NCBI GenBank assembly: GCA_036172245.1
Contig: JAYWIR010000001.1
Coordinates: 310,001 to 374,000, forward strand
Direction of reading: 5' to 3'
DNA: 64,000 bases
Origin: Raillietiella orientalis
Lineage: Eukaryota
Shown: positions 13,568 to 26,354 of the stretch, one piece after another
Position numbering within the stretch: the first letter of the stretch is position 1
Layout: every line of letters begins with the position of its first letter
Made by a program: the position numbers and the translations under genes
Notes under the pieces: generated by a model
Databases searched by the model: none
What the model was told of the DNA's origin: nothing
Seen by the model: the letters and a program-made list of their open reading frames with translations, nothing else

Positions 13568-16500
13568 GTAAGGCCAAGGTCCAGGATGCTGCCTGGTGTT
13601 TCTCGCGGGAGCTCGGCGCGCCCGTTTCCATGCCACGACGCGCGAGCAGTGGCTGCGCTCGCCTCGGCTAGTCTGGCAGGCTGCTGCGTCTTCCCTCCCC
13701 GCCCTTCTGCAGGCAGCTCCTTCGTCCAGGGAAGCAAGGGCGGAAGCGCGCGGGTCCCCGACCGCTTCCCTGCAGCATCCTCTCTCGGCAGGGGGGGGGG
13801 GGCCGCTGCGCCCTCTCCCCCCCCCTTCCAACTCCTTTTGCCGTGTTTCTCCGTTCCCGTTCGGCCACGCGTGTCTCGGCCCCCAGGCGGTTTTTACCCG
13901 CATCGAGCTGTGCGGCGGCGGCGCAGCAGCACTGCAATGGGCACGCCCACCCGTGCGAGTGCGTGGGCGTGCGTCTCGCGCAAAAGCCCTTCCCGTTCTT
14001 TCCCGCCCTCTCTCACCGCGGCTCCTCGCCCTCCTTGGGTGGGATTGACGGGGCTCGCGGACACTTCCGTCTTCGTCTCTCCTTCCCCCCCCCGAGACCG
14101 CTACAGGTGGCGCGCTCGTGGGCACTGTGGAGGGCGAAGCGGCGGCTTCCTCGCAGCCTTTCGCGCGGACGCCACTCCGCGGAGGTGTTCGTGCGCCCCC
14201 GGCCCGTCCGTTCATCGCCCGGATGCGCGCGCGAAAGAGGTCTGGTCACCTACCGCCTTCACGTCCGGAGCGGTCTCCAGGCGAAAGCTGGAGACCGATC
14301 GTCTGCCGATTCGTGCATCCCGCCGTGGACGCGAAAGTCCGGATTAGACAGCTGGCAGGCAGGTCCACGCGTGGGTCTCTCGCGGAGCCCGTGGAAACGG
14401 GAAAGGGGGGAAGAGGAACAAGAAGAAAAGAATTCCTTTTGCGGCGAGGGAGGCGCCTCTGCGGGACGGGGCTGCCGCGGCGTTCCTCGGGAGTGTTCGG
14501 GCGGAATCCTCCGGGCTTTATGGCTCCGTGGTGCTCGCGGCCTCACGGAAACGGATGTCTGTGAACTCGGTGGCCGTTGTATCCTCTTCCTCGTTGGCGG
14601 CAATTATGGCCGCCCCGCGTCATCGCGTTTTACTGCTCTCGTCTCACTCTTGTCGAAGCGGCGTGCCGTTCGCATGGAAAAAATCACGTTTCCGGGGAAA
14701 CGTCCGAGTGCCCGGAGCCTCGGCTGCTGCGAGCCGCGCCGGACCAGCACGGGCCCACCTTTCGCGCGCGCGTTTATCCTTCTTGCGAAATCTTCGGCCG
14801 GTGCTTTCTGGTGATGATAGTCGAATCTCCATTCGAATGGAAGCGTCGCGAATCGGAGGTGGAATCCCACGTCGCATGACCACGACCCTGACCTTTTGTG
14901 GACTGCTACGGTCCTTTGCGAAAGGCTTTTTCTTTTCTTTTCTTTGGATAAGTTTGAAAGTTGCCGCGCGCGACGGTTTGGGACCGCCGTAACGGCCGAG
15001 TTGGGGCCCCTGCAGCTGCCACGGTGCTCTCCCCGATTCTCACGCGCAGGGCAACGTTTCTGCCCTTTTAGGGATGAGCTTCGGCAGCGCTCGCTGCCCG
15101 CGCGGCAACGTGCGAGATCCCGTCCGCCTCTTCCCGTTGCTGCGCGACGGCTGGGGACCGCCGTAACCGCAGCGGCGTTCTGCTGGAACGCGTAGGACGG
15201 CGGCGGTGTTCTGCACCGTTGCTGCGGAGGGATGTTTGCGATAGACGCAGACACCGTTGTGGTCCAGGTGTTTGTCGTTCCAGCAGGCCGGGGTCGCAGT
15301 GCACTCCCGGAATTCATCGCCATGGCACCGGAATGGCTTTCGCCGCGCGCGGACCGAGAAACGAACACCTCCTTTCGGAACGCGAATTAATGGACTGCTC
15401 TCACACCGCTTCCCCCCCCCCCCCGGCCCGAAAATTACGCACTGATGAAACGCGTTCGTTAATTGAATTGATTACGTAGATAATGGCAAAATTCCTGCCC
15501 CGTACTCTTCGCGCGTAATTTGCAGGTTCTTGTGATGATTGCGTATTCAAATTGCCTTCGTGCCCCGGTTCACGTGCTGCTTGCATCCGAATGTCCTCTA
15601 AAAGGGCCCGGTGCTTCAGAGCAAACGTGGACGGCCCCACTGGGCGGAGTGGATGCTCGCGGAACGGCGACGCGCAGCATCAAAAGGGCCGAATGCGTTC
15701 GGTGTTTCATGCGCGGTGTTTCACGGTCGTTTCCTCTCGGGCGGGGTGCATCACCTCCGTGTTTCCAGCTGGGTCGTGTGTGCATTGCACATCGCTCACA
15801 TCTTGGATGCGCCTTCATCCTGCCCTTCCTTCTTTTGATAGGTATGTACGTGGCGTACAGCGCGTAGTATCTTTTTTTTTTTTTTTTTTTCTTTTTCTTT
15901 TGCGTGCTTCTTAAGCGGAAGTGCGAAGGGGTGTTGCCGAGTCGAGAGTCCTTCCTTTTGTGTGTTTCGGTTGCGTCTGTCGTGACACCGCGATGTTCGG
16001 AAGCGCTGCATCCCACGTGAAAATGGTAATGGTTTGGCTCAATTAGCTCAGGGCGGCATCTCATGACCTCTCAGCTCGAGTCTTTTGTGTAGGCGCCGTG
16101 TTGCCCCGGTGCGCATGGGCGGGGCGGCGTGTTGGGCTCACACCGCGACGTGTGGGTAACGAATCGAAAGAGAGGTAAGAAAGGACCGTGGATCGGGAGC
16201 TTTCAGGTTGCGGGGAGCTGCTGACCTGCATTCCGGATCGCCCGCCCCGTGGCTCAAACTCGGTTCCAGGGTCGCGAGCAGCGGCGGCGCTCTGCTTCGG
16301 TGCCGGGTCGCGCGCGCGAGACGTTTTCCCGAAGAGACACCCGTAGGACAGGCGAAGGACGCGGCGAGCATCCCTTCCACCCCCTCTCCCGTCTTCGCCG
16401 TTCCTTCGGGGTTCACTCGGTCTGGGGCTTCCTCGCGTTCGCTTCCTGGAAACGCGTCACCGCGGCTCAAGGATCCGTTGCTGGCCTGGGGGCATCTTCC

Positions 16501-17440
16501 GCTAATGAGGCGCGCTTCAGGTGCGCACACTCGTGTGCATTGTCCATTGTAATCCGAGGTCGTTCCTACGGAAGGCCACTTGGACGATATTCGCCGCTGC
16601 ATTCCGAAGAAGCTGAGGGTCGAAAGCCACCTCGACTTTGGTTCCAGCTCTCCCCTTGCAGGCAGGCATCCTCCGTCTCCCTTTTCCCCTCGCTTCCTGT
16701 TTCTCCCTCGTTTTGGCCACTCCTTCTCATGTTGCTTCCTAAACTCGTTGCTCCTCTTTTTCCTCTTGCTCACAGGAACGCGAGGGGGGTGGTACTCGGC
16801 TGTGGTGAGGGTAGAGTGGGGAGGACGGAATTCTTCCCGTATCTCGGTCCAGTTTTCCTGTGCGGTTTTTCCCGCGCTTTGTGCGCCGAATTTCCCGCCG
16901 GAAGGTGCGCGTCCACCACCCGCCTAGCGGCGCTTTCGTTCGCAACTCTTTTTTTGTCTGGATCGGACGGAGTGGGTGGGGTCCGTCCCGTTTTTTTCGG
17001 GACCTTGCAAGCCGTGGTCGGCGCTCAACTTCCGGAATGGAGACCCGAAGGCATCCCCGGTGCTGCTGCTGGCCTCTTCGTGCGGTTGGCCGGTGAGCTG
17101 CGCATTGGGCGATTCACATCCAGGGAAACCAATCGGTCGCGCGGGCAGCGCGCCCGGAAGGGACGCCGGTCGAGAGAAAGCCACACAGGTCGGGCTCCTG
17201 TGGAATTCCCTCCGTCACTCCTGGGGAAAGCGAGCGGCCGACTCCGCTTTGGGGTTTTCGGCCCGAAAGGGGGGGGGGATCGAAGCTCCCGTGTGGCCTG
17301 CACGGGATGCGTGTACTCGTGCGCGCGCGCCCTCGGACGCAGACTCGCCTCGTCGTCTTCTGCAGGGTGTTCTGCCGGAGGACGCTGCTGCAGCTCGGCA
17401 CCTTCTGGAGGCTTCCGAAGGCAGGAGCGAATTCGATTTT

Positions 17441-18100
17441 CACCCGGATTTCGCCGGGGCGTTTATTATGAAATAAACATTTACAAAGACGTGCAGTGGC
17501 TGGACCATTGCTCCAGCCACGCACGAAGAAACACAGAGCCTGCCGGGTCACCGGTTCGCAGACCGGTACGGTCCACCACGGCAGCAGGGGGAAGGGGGAA
17601 AAAACAAAAAACAAAAGAAAAAAGAAAAGAAAAGTTGGGAGGGTAAGGGAAGGGATCACAGTTGCTGGTGGGGCCGTTGCATCCTTTGCAGGATGCCGGC
17701 AAGCTCCTTCTGTATTCCTGGATCCAGGTGGGGCCATCGGGACGCTCTCCTCAGGAACTGGGAGGCTGGCTGGATGGCACCCTGGTCGTGTGGTCCTCCC
17801 GTAGCCTTGCTCCAGGCGGTGACGATCCCGCGAAGGCAGCACAAAGCTGCTAACGAGGCCGAAGGGCGTCGGCGACGAAGAGGGCTTTCAGAGCGTCCCT
17901 GGGGTTGCCGCAGGGGATTCCGATGGCCGCGGCAAAGCGGAACCAAAGGGGCCGAAGGGCAACACAATCCACTAGCAGGTGGGGGAGGGACTCCCGTTCC
18001 CCACATCTGACGCAATTGGGGTCCACCGCTCCCCAGGTCCAGTGGTGTCGGCGGGCGTTGCAGGGGAGTCCCCAGTGCTGCAACAGGAATGCCGACTCCT
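17441..18100 (-). mobile_element. LINE 3' end (zinc-finger C-terminus plus 3' UTR)
   Basis: Encodes NCVRCGERESLPHLLVDCVALRPLW (CCHC zinc finger typical of L1/Tx1 ORF2) and RWPHL, then a T-rich tract, stem-loops and AATAAA. Confidence 0.8.
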
Positions 18101-19499
18101 GCGAGGAGCGAATTCGACCCCACGCGGGAACGGTGCGAAGAGTCGGCCGCTCTTGCAGGGGAACGCCTGGAAGCCTCTTGCGTTTGCGCGTCCACGCGGA
18201 CGAGGCGCCTGCGGCGAGTCAGTCGCTGTTGCAGGCCGACTTTCCCGCAAGGGAGCGCCCCGCTGTCTTCGCCGTTCCCCGCAGCCGTGCCTCCCGGATG
18301 ATTGACAAATTCGGAGCTTGGAAGGATCGTATTTGTTTCGTTTGCTCTCACCCGGGCGCGGGACGGCGGCGGCTTGCAACATGGCCGCCACTGTCTCCTA
18401 CCGCCGTCGCTTCCACGGGCAACCGCGGACCTGCTGACGGTGGACTTGCGTGTCCTTGCCGGGTGTGGGTGAGTGAGGTGGAAGCGCCCTCGTGCCGCCG
18501 GTGACCTTCCCTGGTCTTCCGGATGCTCCGACTTTCGCCTCGAGCGCTCTTGTCTGCGTTCCGGGGAGCTTTCTTCGCAGATCTCACCTCCCCGCGAGTC
18601 GGCCATCTCTGCGGAAGAGCTTGGACTGGATCTGCCGCCGTCACCGCGCGCGCGCGCTCAGGAGCGTGGGGTGCAGGAGCAAGGTCGCGCGCAGGTGGCG
18701 ACGCGTCTCGCGCCGTTACCGCGGCGACGCTCTCCCGTTTTCTCTCTCTTGCGTAGTCCGTTTGTTGTCGTTTCCGCGGCGACGCTTCTATTTATAGATT
18801 CCCCCCCGCCGCCGCCGCCGCCGTGCGACTGCGCGCGTAGCTTTGTGTCGCCCGTGCGCTCTCGCCGCGGCGTTCCTTCCGGTGGTGAAGAAGAGGGACG
18901 AAGGGGGGTGGTCAGCTCAGCTTGCCCGCGCGGGCGGCAGCGGGTGGGGGGGAATCCATCTTCTCGCCTCGTCTGCGCGCACGCCGCCTGTCGAGGTGCG
19001 CGACCCGTCCCTTCCTGCCTGCCGCCTTTCCCCCGGCGAGCAGAGCGGGGAGCGCACCCGCCGACCGGAAGTGCGGACGGCCCCCTTCCTACGCCGGGCC
19101 GTTTCCGGCTCTCGCCGTCGGTGCCTGCGGGTCTTTTCCTTTCCGCCTTCCCTCCTTCGTTCGTCGCCTCGGGGCAGAGCCGGCCGCTCTTTCCCGCTCC
19201 CTCGCCTTCCTTCGCGGGTCCACCTCCAGCTGGCCAAGGGGCGTGACGCGCGCGCCTCGCGCGTCCCCTCCGCCCGCCACGCGACCTCCGAAACAGTGAC
19301 GTACCCCTTGACCCTCCCCCCTCCTCTCGGAAGTCGGGGAAAGCGCCTCCTCGCCATCCTGGTTTTCCCTGTGCCGCACCCTCGCACGACGACTAGCGGG
19401 GTCGAGCCGTCCCTCGGGGCTTTGCGTGACCAGGACGGTCCGTCGAATTCCCCTCGCAGCAGCTACCTTTCCCCCCATTCCTTTCTCTCATTTTGGAAA

Positions 19500-19900
19500 T
19501 AGGACTCTTTGATGTCCCCCTCGGGAGCCACCTCTCCAGAGTGTCGGAAGCGCTCTGCTCCCTTGGGGGTTCCCGGATGCATCGGGCGCGAGCTGGAGGA
19601 GGAGCCCCATCGAGCTCACGTTCTCAGAGAGGTCTTTCTCACTCTCGAGTTCATTAGTGGCTGCGGCCTCAGGAAGCTGTCCTGTAGGGACGCGCTTCTG
19701 ACGAAACGATTGCTGTAGGCGCCGTTGACTATCGAGGAGCGGTAGATCCTCGATGGTCCTTCGGTTTGAACCCGCGAGGGAGCGGCTCTCTCGTGGGTTC
19801 CTTCTGAAGGCAACCAGAGAAGGGGGGGTTCTCTTGTGGGTTCGCTTCCAAGCGTAGAAGAGGAACGCACTCCCTCCTCCTCCTTCCGAGGTCACCCTTT
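19500..19900 (+). mobile_element. Dispersed repeat copy B (interrupted)
   Basis: The cacctctccagagtgtc and ccaagcgta...gaacgcactcc blocks match other copies. About 230 bp of extra sequence lies between them. Confidence 0.5.
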
Positions 19901-20182
19901 GTAACTAACACCCTTCAAGTTACGGGGGGTGACTCTGTCTTCTTAGAGCAGCGAAGTGGTGCTCGCTGCCCTCAGGGTTGACTACCACCTGCCGTGGAAG
20001 GGGGGAGTAAGGGTGCTGGGGAGGGTAGCGCGCCGTCGACAGCCCGCGTAAGGTTTCTTCCCTTCTCCGCTCGCCCGTGATGGGTTGCCGCTTCCTAGCG
20101 AGGGGCGCGCGCCGGCGCGAGGTCGCTGTCCCTCCCAGGAAGTGTGATCCTCTGATCTTCTCCCTTTTTCTTTCCCGGGAAG

Positions 20183-20421
20183 ATTCTGAACGAGAACCTC
20201 AGCGTGGACCGCTTCGTCCCCGTGATCTTCCCGCAGGCGTCCGACCTCATCGTCGCCTACGACGAGCACGTTCTAGTCAGCCAGTTCAAATTCGGCGTCA
20301 TCTACCAGCGGTACGGGCAGACGACCGAGGAAGAGCTCTTCGGCAACCGCCACACGAGCCCCGCCTTCGAGGAGTTCCTCGACATCCTGGGCAAACGGGT
20401 GAAGCTCAAGGATCACAAGGG
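20183..20421 (+). CDS. RAP1GAP: Rap1GAP exon 4
   Basis: Encodes [29 protein letters not shown]...[21 protein letters not shown]...FEEFLDILG...KLKDHKG, the start of the Rap_GAP domain. AG/GT boundaries. Confidence 0.95.
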
Positions 20422-20481
20422 GTCGGTGTCCCTCGTCGCCTGCGTCTCCGTTTAGCAGCCGCCCGGGGATTTATTCTCCAG

Positions 20482-20633
20482 GTACCGCGGAGGCCTCGAC
20501 ACCCAGTTCGACCAGACAGGGGAGGAGACCATCTACGACCGCTTCCACGACCGGGAGATCATGTTCCACGTGTCGCCCATGCTGCCGTACACCGACGGGG
20601 ACTCCCAGCAGCTCCAGAGGAAGAGGCACATCG
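20482..20633 (+). CDS. RAP1GAP: Rap1GAP exon 5
   Basis: Follows a 60-bp intron. Encodes [13 protein letters not shown]...[26 protein letters not shown](G). Confidence 0.96.
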
Positions 20634-23600
20634 GTAGGGGCGACCCCTTCCCTTCTCCTGCGTCTCGTCCGGGGGCTGCTGTGCCATCTTCCGCTTGGCT
20701 CCCGCCTTCCGTTACGCAGAAGGGAGGCCCGGGACCTGCACTGACCCCGAGGGTGGAATTGCGGCTCCTCCGATGAGCGCCGACCGAGACGAGGTCTTGC
20801 CCAGGCAACTGCCGTTCGCCCCTCGCGCACATGCCGTCCATGGGAGATCGAGGCTCCTGCCGGCACTCCTATCCTCCTGCGGGATGGGGTGGGAACCCGC
20901 TTGCGGGGTTACCCTGCCGTCGTCTCGCGCCCGACTTTCGTCCCCCACCCCTCATCCTCTCTGCTTGCGACCTCTGCCTCCATTCCGCCTGGGCGCCAGG
21001 GAAGTCTCTCCGCATAGGGAGGAGGTCGCAGTCCCCGCCATACCTGTGAAACCCATGGCAGCGCCCTCGTCGCGAAGCACGCAGCAGCGGCTCCACTTCC
21101 CGACGGCGGCCAAAAAAAAAAAACAAGCGCTTTTGTGAGCGTGTTCGCGGGCCGACATCCCCCTTCCCCCCCCCCCCCTCGCTGACGTCATTCGGTCGCA
21201 TTTCCAAGGGAGAGGCGCTGCCGCGGGCGAACGGGCGGATCCCAGAGGGCTGCAGTCGCAGGGCGAATGCGCACAACGGGCACTTCGCTCGAGATGGCGA
21301 CGACACGTTGCGTGCAGTCGAGCGCGAAGGTTTCCTCGAGCGACGTTTCGTCTCGGGTCTTCTGGAGGTCAAGTTCGCTCCAAGACCCGGAGGAGGAGGA
21401 AGAGGAGGTGGAAGAAAGGAGGGAGGGAAGGAGGGACAGAAGGGGAGGAAAGGAGGAGAGGAAGGAAGGAGACCGGACGGGAGAGCAGAGGAGGAAAAGG
21501 GTGCGCAAGTCTCCCGGTCGTGGGAGCGGTCGTCCTCTCCCGTCCGGTCGAACGGGTATCGAGTGGAGGAATGGCCCCGAGCGACTCCTTGTTTCCCGCG
21601 CGCCTCCTCTTCCGGGCGCGGGGGTGGGTGCATGGGGGTGCGACAGAAGAGGGCGACAGGAGTCACAGCACCCCGCGCGCACAGGGACAGATTGCCGAGT
21701 GAGCGTCGGGTCGGCGCCGAACGAAGGTTCCGCCGTGACATTCTTTTCGCCGCCTTCCGTCAGCAGCGACCGCTGCACTTCCGGGAAGAATGTGGCGCGC
21801 CTTTTTTGCTTTTGTTTTTTTTTGTGCCTGCGGCCGGTGTCGGCGCGCCTCTGGCTTGCCGGTCTTTGCGGGTGAGGCGCTGCGGACTTCTCGGCGCCTC
21901 ACCCTTTCTGCGCACTCGCGGTGGCGTCGGCATCGTCCGCTCCTTCCGAAAGGCGGGCGGCCTCCTTCCCACCGCCTTCTCCAGCCGCGACCTCCAGTAT
22001 CCCACCGAAAGAAGACCGGTCATCCTGGCAGCGTTCTGTCCCGCCCTCGCCCTCCTGGTTCGCCCTCGGGCGGGTCAGCGGTGGGTCGCGGGTCACTCTT
22101 CAACTCCCGGCGGATATGGCGTCGGCATCAAGCTGAAGATCGCTAGGAGTACCCTGCCTTTCTCCGAGCCAAAGGGTGAGGCGTCGTTTCTTGGAGCAGG
22201 AAGCCCCGCGCCTGATTCTACGGCTCGTCTTTCACCTGGGTCAGGCCTTAGCGCGGGCGCGACAGACTTCTCGATGGCCTCCTGCGCAGAGAAGCCGGGA
22301 AGTGCCGTCCGCGAAAGACGCCGTCGGCCGCGTCGAGGAGGAGGGGAGGAGGAGGAAGCGGGCCTTCCGCATGCGGAGTCACGTGCTTTGGAACGACGTG
22401 CGGGCGGGACGGCTTTGAGAAAGCGGCCGGTGTCATGGTCACGTTCGGCGGGGCGAAAAGCTATCGCTCCGAAGAGACCCCGCGGGCGCGGGCGCTTCCC
22501 GAGCGGCTCTTCGGCGATCGGCAGACGCGTTAACAGGCCGTCTCGTGCTTCCCCCTCCCCCTCCGCTCGTCGGTTCGCTTCCCACCTTCCCCTCGCCCTG
22601 CCAACCCGAGTGTGTCCGACGGTCTGGTGACCTCCGGCCATTCTTCTTCATGCGGGCACCTCTTCCCGGCCTCCGTGGCTCTTTCCCGCCTCGCGTCGTT
22701 GCTCGCATCTGCCTTTCGGGCGAGGCACCCCACCGTTACGACCTGGGCGCGCACTTGGCATGTCGGTCTGTGGTGGCCTCTGTGACGTTTCTCGCCCCGA
22801 GGTTGAGAAATTCGTCAAATGCTCCTTTTTTTTTCTTCTTTAAATGGGCGTGGAGGTCGATGTTGACGCAGCAGCCGCGAGAACTCCCGGAGATCTCGGC
22901 ACTTTATAGCGCGGACCGTCTTCGGCCGACTCCTTGCAGGCGAACTCTCCGCCCTCTGCGAAGATGGCAGCACCATGGGTTCGACCAAGGAAGGGCGTTC
23001 CCGGCGTGGAAAGGAGGGGGCGATCCTGCGCTTGCCCTTCCGGGGCAAGGAGGCAGATTATTCGCGGGATGAAGTGGGGCGTGAGCGTGGACGAACCCCC
23101 CTCCCCTCTCGCTTCCACACGCTCCTCCACACGCTGCCTCGTCGTGCTTTTCCGGGCGTTCGCTCCCCCAACCGAAAATCTTTGCGGCGAAAGCGCGTAG
23201 CAAGCGGGAGCTTGGGGCTCGCCTTGGTTCCTCTGCGAGCACACATTCATCAGAGTGCACACATCCGAACACGTGCTCATTTTTTTCTTTCTTTCTTTTT
23301 CTCCTGTGACTCTCCTGTGTCGGGCGCTTGGGCGAGTTGGCAAAGTGCGCATTATTTTGGGGTTCCCCCCTCCCCCCCCCTTCCCCCGCGCATAATAAAT
23401 GCCTGAGGTCGAGCCGAGTCGGCGATGCGTCGTCGTCACTTTCGGCCGGAGAAAAGGAGGCACGCAGCTTCCTCTGCCGCCTCGGAGATGGCGCGGGGCT
23501 CGATCGAGAGTGCAGCGGCAACGCCATGGCTCTCTCACCCTCCTCTCCCTTTCCGATAGTGTCGTCCAAAAGCGTGTTCGCCGACGTGCAGATGTGGCAC

Positions 23601-24194
23601 GTCATCTTTGCAGCGCCACAGGGTACGGGAGGGAGGGTGGTCGAGGGATTCGCGCGTCCCCGTTATGTGCGCACGTGCTTGGCGGAACGGACATCGGAAA
23701 CGTCTCCGCACTCCTTGCGGTGGTTAAAGCAAGTAATTAAAATTCAATTATGGCTGCTGCTGCACCGTGCGTTCTCGTGGCGCCTCTCTTCTTTGCCTGG
23801 AGCGTTTTTTTTTCCTTTTTTGTTTTCGTTTCAGGCCGCCGGTCGCCAAGAACGCGAGTTGCGGGGTGGTGCTGCAAGGCGAGCGAGGCATTCCGAAATT
23901 TACATCTCGCGTCTGCAGCCGCTTCCAGTGATCCTGAGCTGTAGACATTTTCTTACATCCCCTTCAGGCCGAAAAAATAAAAATAAAAAAAGATGGAAAT
24001 TTCGGAGGTTTCTCGCGTTTCCAAGTCGCTTCCAGTTTCGCGAGGAATGCTGTTGTGGGTGCCGTTACGGGGGTGGAAGAAGAGTCCTCGCGTTTTCATC
24101 TCGACGTCGGAGCACACGCTCGTCCCGACCGTTGTGACCACCATGCTCCCGTTCGCCCGCTCTCCTTGTCCCTTGGTTTGCAGAAAAGAAAAAA

Positions 24195-24264
24195 AGAGAG
24201 AGAGAGAGAAGAGAGAGAGAGAGAAGAGAGAGAGAGAGAAGAGAGAGAGAGAGAAGAGAGAGAG
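24195..24264 (+). repeat. Compound (GA)n microsatellite with 15-nt higher-order period
   Basis: gagagagagagagaa units. Confidence 0.95.
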
Positions 24265-24329
24265 ATGAGCCGCCGCCTCGGGGAGTGAATTCCAAGCACT
24301 CTGCGCGCGTGGTCCTGACCGACCGCTTG

Positions 24330-25070
24330 AAACCGTTGCATCTGATTGGTGATGGTCTTCTTCGTCTCATCTCCCACATGCTTCCGCGGCCAAACTAACC
24401 CTTGGAAACCAAGACGACGGACGAAGACTCTGCTGCAGCGAGCGATGCTGCCTGAATGGCGTTCCACCAAGTCGCCGCGGCGGAGCGCCCTCGTCATCCG
24501 GGAAGCGCTTTCAGCCTCTTCCGAATCTTTTCTTGTGGTGCGCCAGAGGGCGCACCGGCTGCGCTCACAGAACCACCGGCACTCTGCGGTTTTCGTAAAC
24601 GCAAACAGACCGGCCGGCCAGAAGCGCCGGAGCGTTCTTGCAGACGCGGTGCCCGCCCGTTTCGTCCGCCTGTTAGTCAGGTCATCTTGCAGCTCGGGCA
24701 GCGCTCCTCCCGGCAGGCCCAAGCGACCTCCGAGCGGGAATCTCTTCGTTGCTTGGGGAACCTCTCTTGCTCGACGCTTCGCTCCTCCGGTAGGGTCGCG
24801 GGCTCTTCGCGCCACCGGTCTGCTGGATCTCGATTTCGACGAGGCGTCTTCGACAGCGTCGTTGCTGCCGCGTGACAGTCTTGAAGAGGAGTCTTCGGAA
24901 GCCGCACAAGAGGTGCAGGCTTAAGTGTGGACCAAGAGTGGATCCGAACAGCAGGGCGAGCATTCGAACGCTCCAAGCGCTGAGCTGGACTTTCGGGAGT
25001 TCTTCCAAATCTTCGCCGGCGTCTGCGTACCCATCGCGTTCAGCCCGCGAGCGAAGAGTCAGCTGACTCG
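24330..25070 (-). mobile_element. Highly decayed non-LTR RT remnant
   Basis: Frameshifted motifs in RT order: GPHLSLHLL/LLFKTV, LQDDLT...TLRRF..AGL..KT, KIRKRL. Confidence 0.35.
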
Positions 25071-25874
25071 CCCTTCTTCCCCCGACTGCCGCCGATGAGG
25101 GATTCGGATGCAGCAGGGAAGGTGGGGGTGCGCTCAGCATCTGCGCGAGAACGAGCATCTACGCCTCCGCTGCGTCGCCCGTCATCCGCGGGCGTGCGGA
25201 TGCCGTCTGGCGTGCTGCATTCCTTCGCGCCCCTGCCAGGGAATGAAGGAAGCTGCCCGCCCGTTCCCAGCTTCCGAGCGCTCCTCCTCGTGGACGGGCG
25301 GCGAGGGTCTGGGACGAGTCTTTGGCGGTTCGGTCATCCGGGGGAGGGGAGCGTGCTCGCGTTCTCGCAGCAGCAGTCCGGGGGGCAGCGCGCGGAAGCG
25401 CCCGGAGAAGACGTCCGTTCTTCAGGAGGCGCCTTGCTGTGGACGCTTTCGAGCTGCCGTCTGCGTCTTCGGCACGCGTTCCTCTACGAGGCGCGCGCCG
25501 AAGAGCTTTCGCCGCCCTCCCTGGCAAAGCGACGCTTCACAGATCCCGAGAACGTCCTCAGGATCCGTGAGGGACTGCCGTTCGTGGCTATGTTTTTTCC
25601 CGGTCGTTCGCAAGCCCCCATTCAAGCGAGTATCACGTGTGCTACTACTGTATATACTACTGTACATGGGCCTGTGCTGCGCGCGAACAGCCATTCGCAT
25701 TGGCAGCTATGCGGCTGCGGTCTCTGCATGTGGTGATGCCAAGCGTCGTGGGTTTGAATCTCATCCGGGAAAAAAAATTGACGCCGAGAACGGGTAGGTG
25801 CGTCGTGGGGTCGATTCCCCACCGCAAGATGACGCTGTTTGACCTGGGTTCGCTTCGGGTACGGCACTGTTTGA

Positions 25875-26300
25875 CACCCAGTCACGCCGGGACGTTTATT
25901 TATAGAAAATAAAGATACATGTCTGTGGCAGGACGTTTGATCCTGCCACGTTACTCATGGCTACGAAAAGGAACCCGCCAGGAACTGGCGCTCAGACCAG
26001 TGGGGTTCGCCTCGGCAGCACAGGGAAGGGGAAACGAACAAAAAGAAAAATAAGAACACAAAAAACATACTGTCAAAAAGGGGTGGGGTAAGGGATCACC
26101 GTGTGCTGGAGGATGTCCCCTGCATCCCTGTAAAGATGCCGGTCATTACCTGTTCAAAGACTTTCAGATGGGGCCACCTTGACTGTCCTCATGAAGAGGA
26201 TGGCAGAATAGATGGCGTCCCTGTCGTCCTGGTTTCCTCTGGCGTTGCTGCTCCATGCAGCCACGGTCCCTCCCCGTGGGCAGCAAAGTGCTTCCAGGCG
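25875..26300 (-). mobile_element. LINE 3' end, same family as 17441-18100
   Basis: Shares the RWPHL-coding region, the gatccctt motif, the T-rich tract and the 3' UTR hairpins with AATAAA. Confidence 0.75.
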
Positions 26301-26354
26301 TGAGGTACTGGTGGAAGTCGGAAACCGGACAGCATCCGGTTCCCGACTTGACTG

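Noticed and set aside
11780-14347. 855-aa ORF on + strand
   Set aside because: Only 13385-13567 (Rap1GAP exon 3) is protein-like. The rest is R/A/P/G-rich read-through of stop-poor GC-rich intron.
26006-26022. TCGCCTCGGCAGCACA resembling the U6 snRNA 5' end
   Set aside because: Only about 16 nt, lies within the antisense of the LINE 3' UTR, and is not retained in the homologous 17.6 kb copy.
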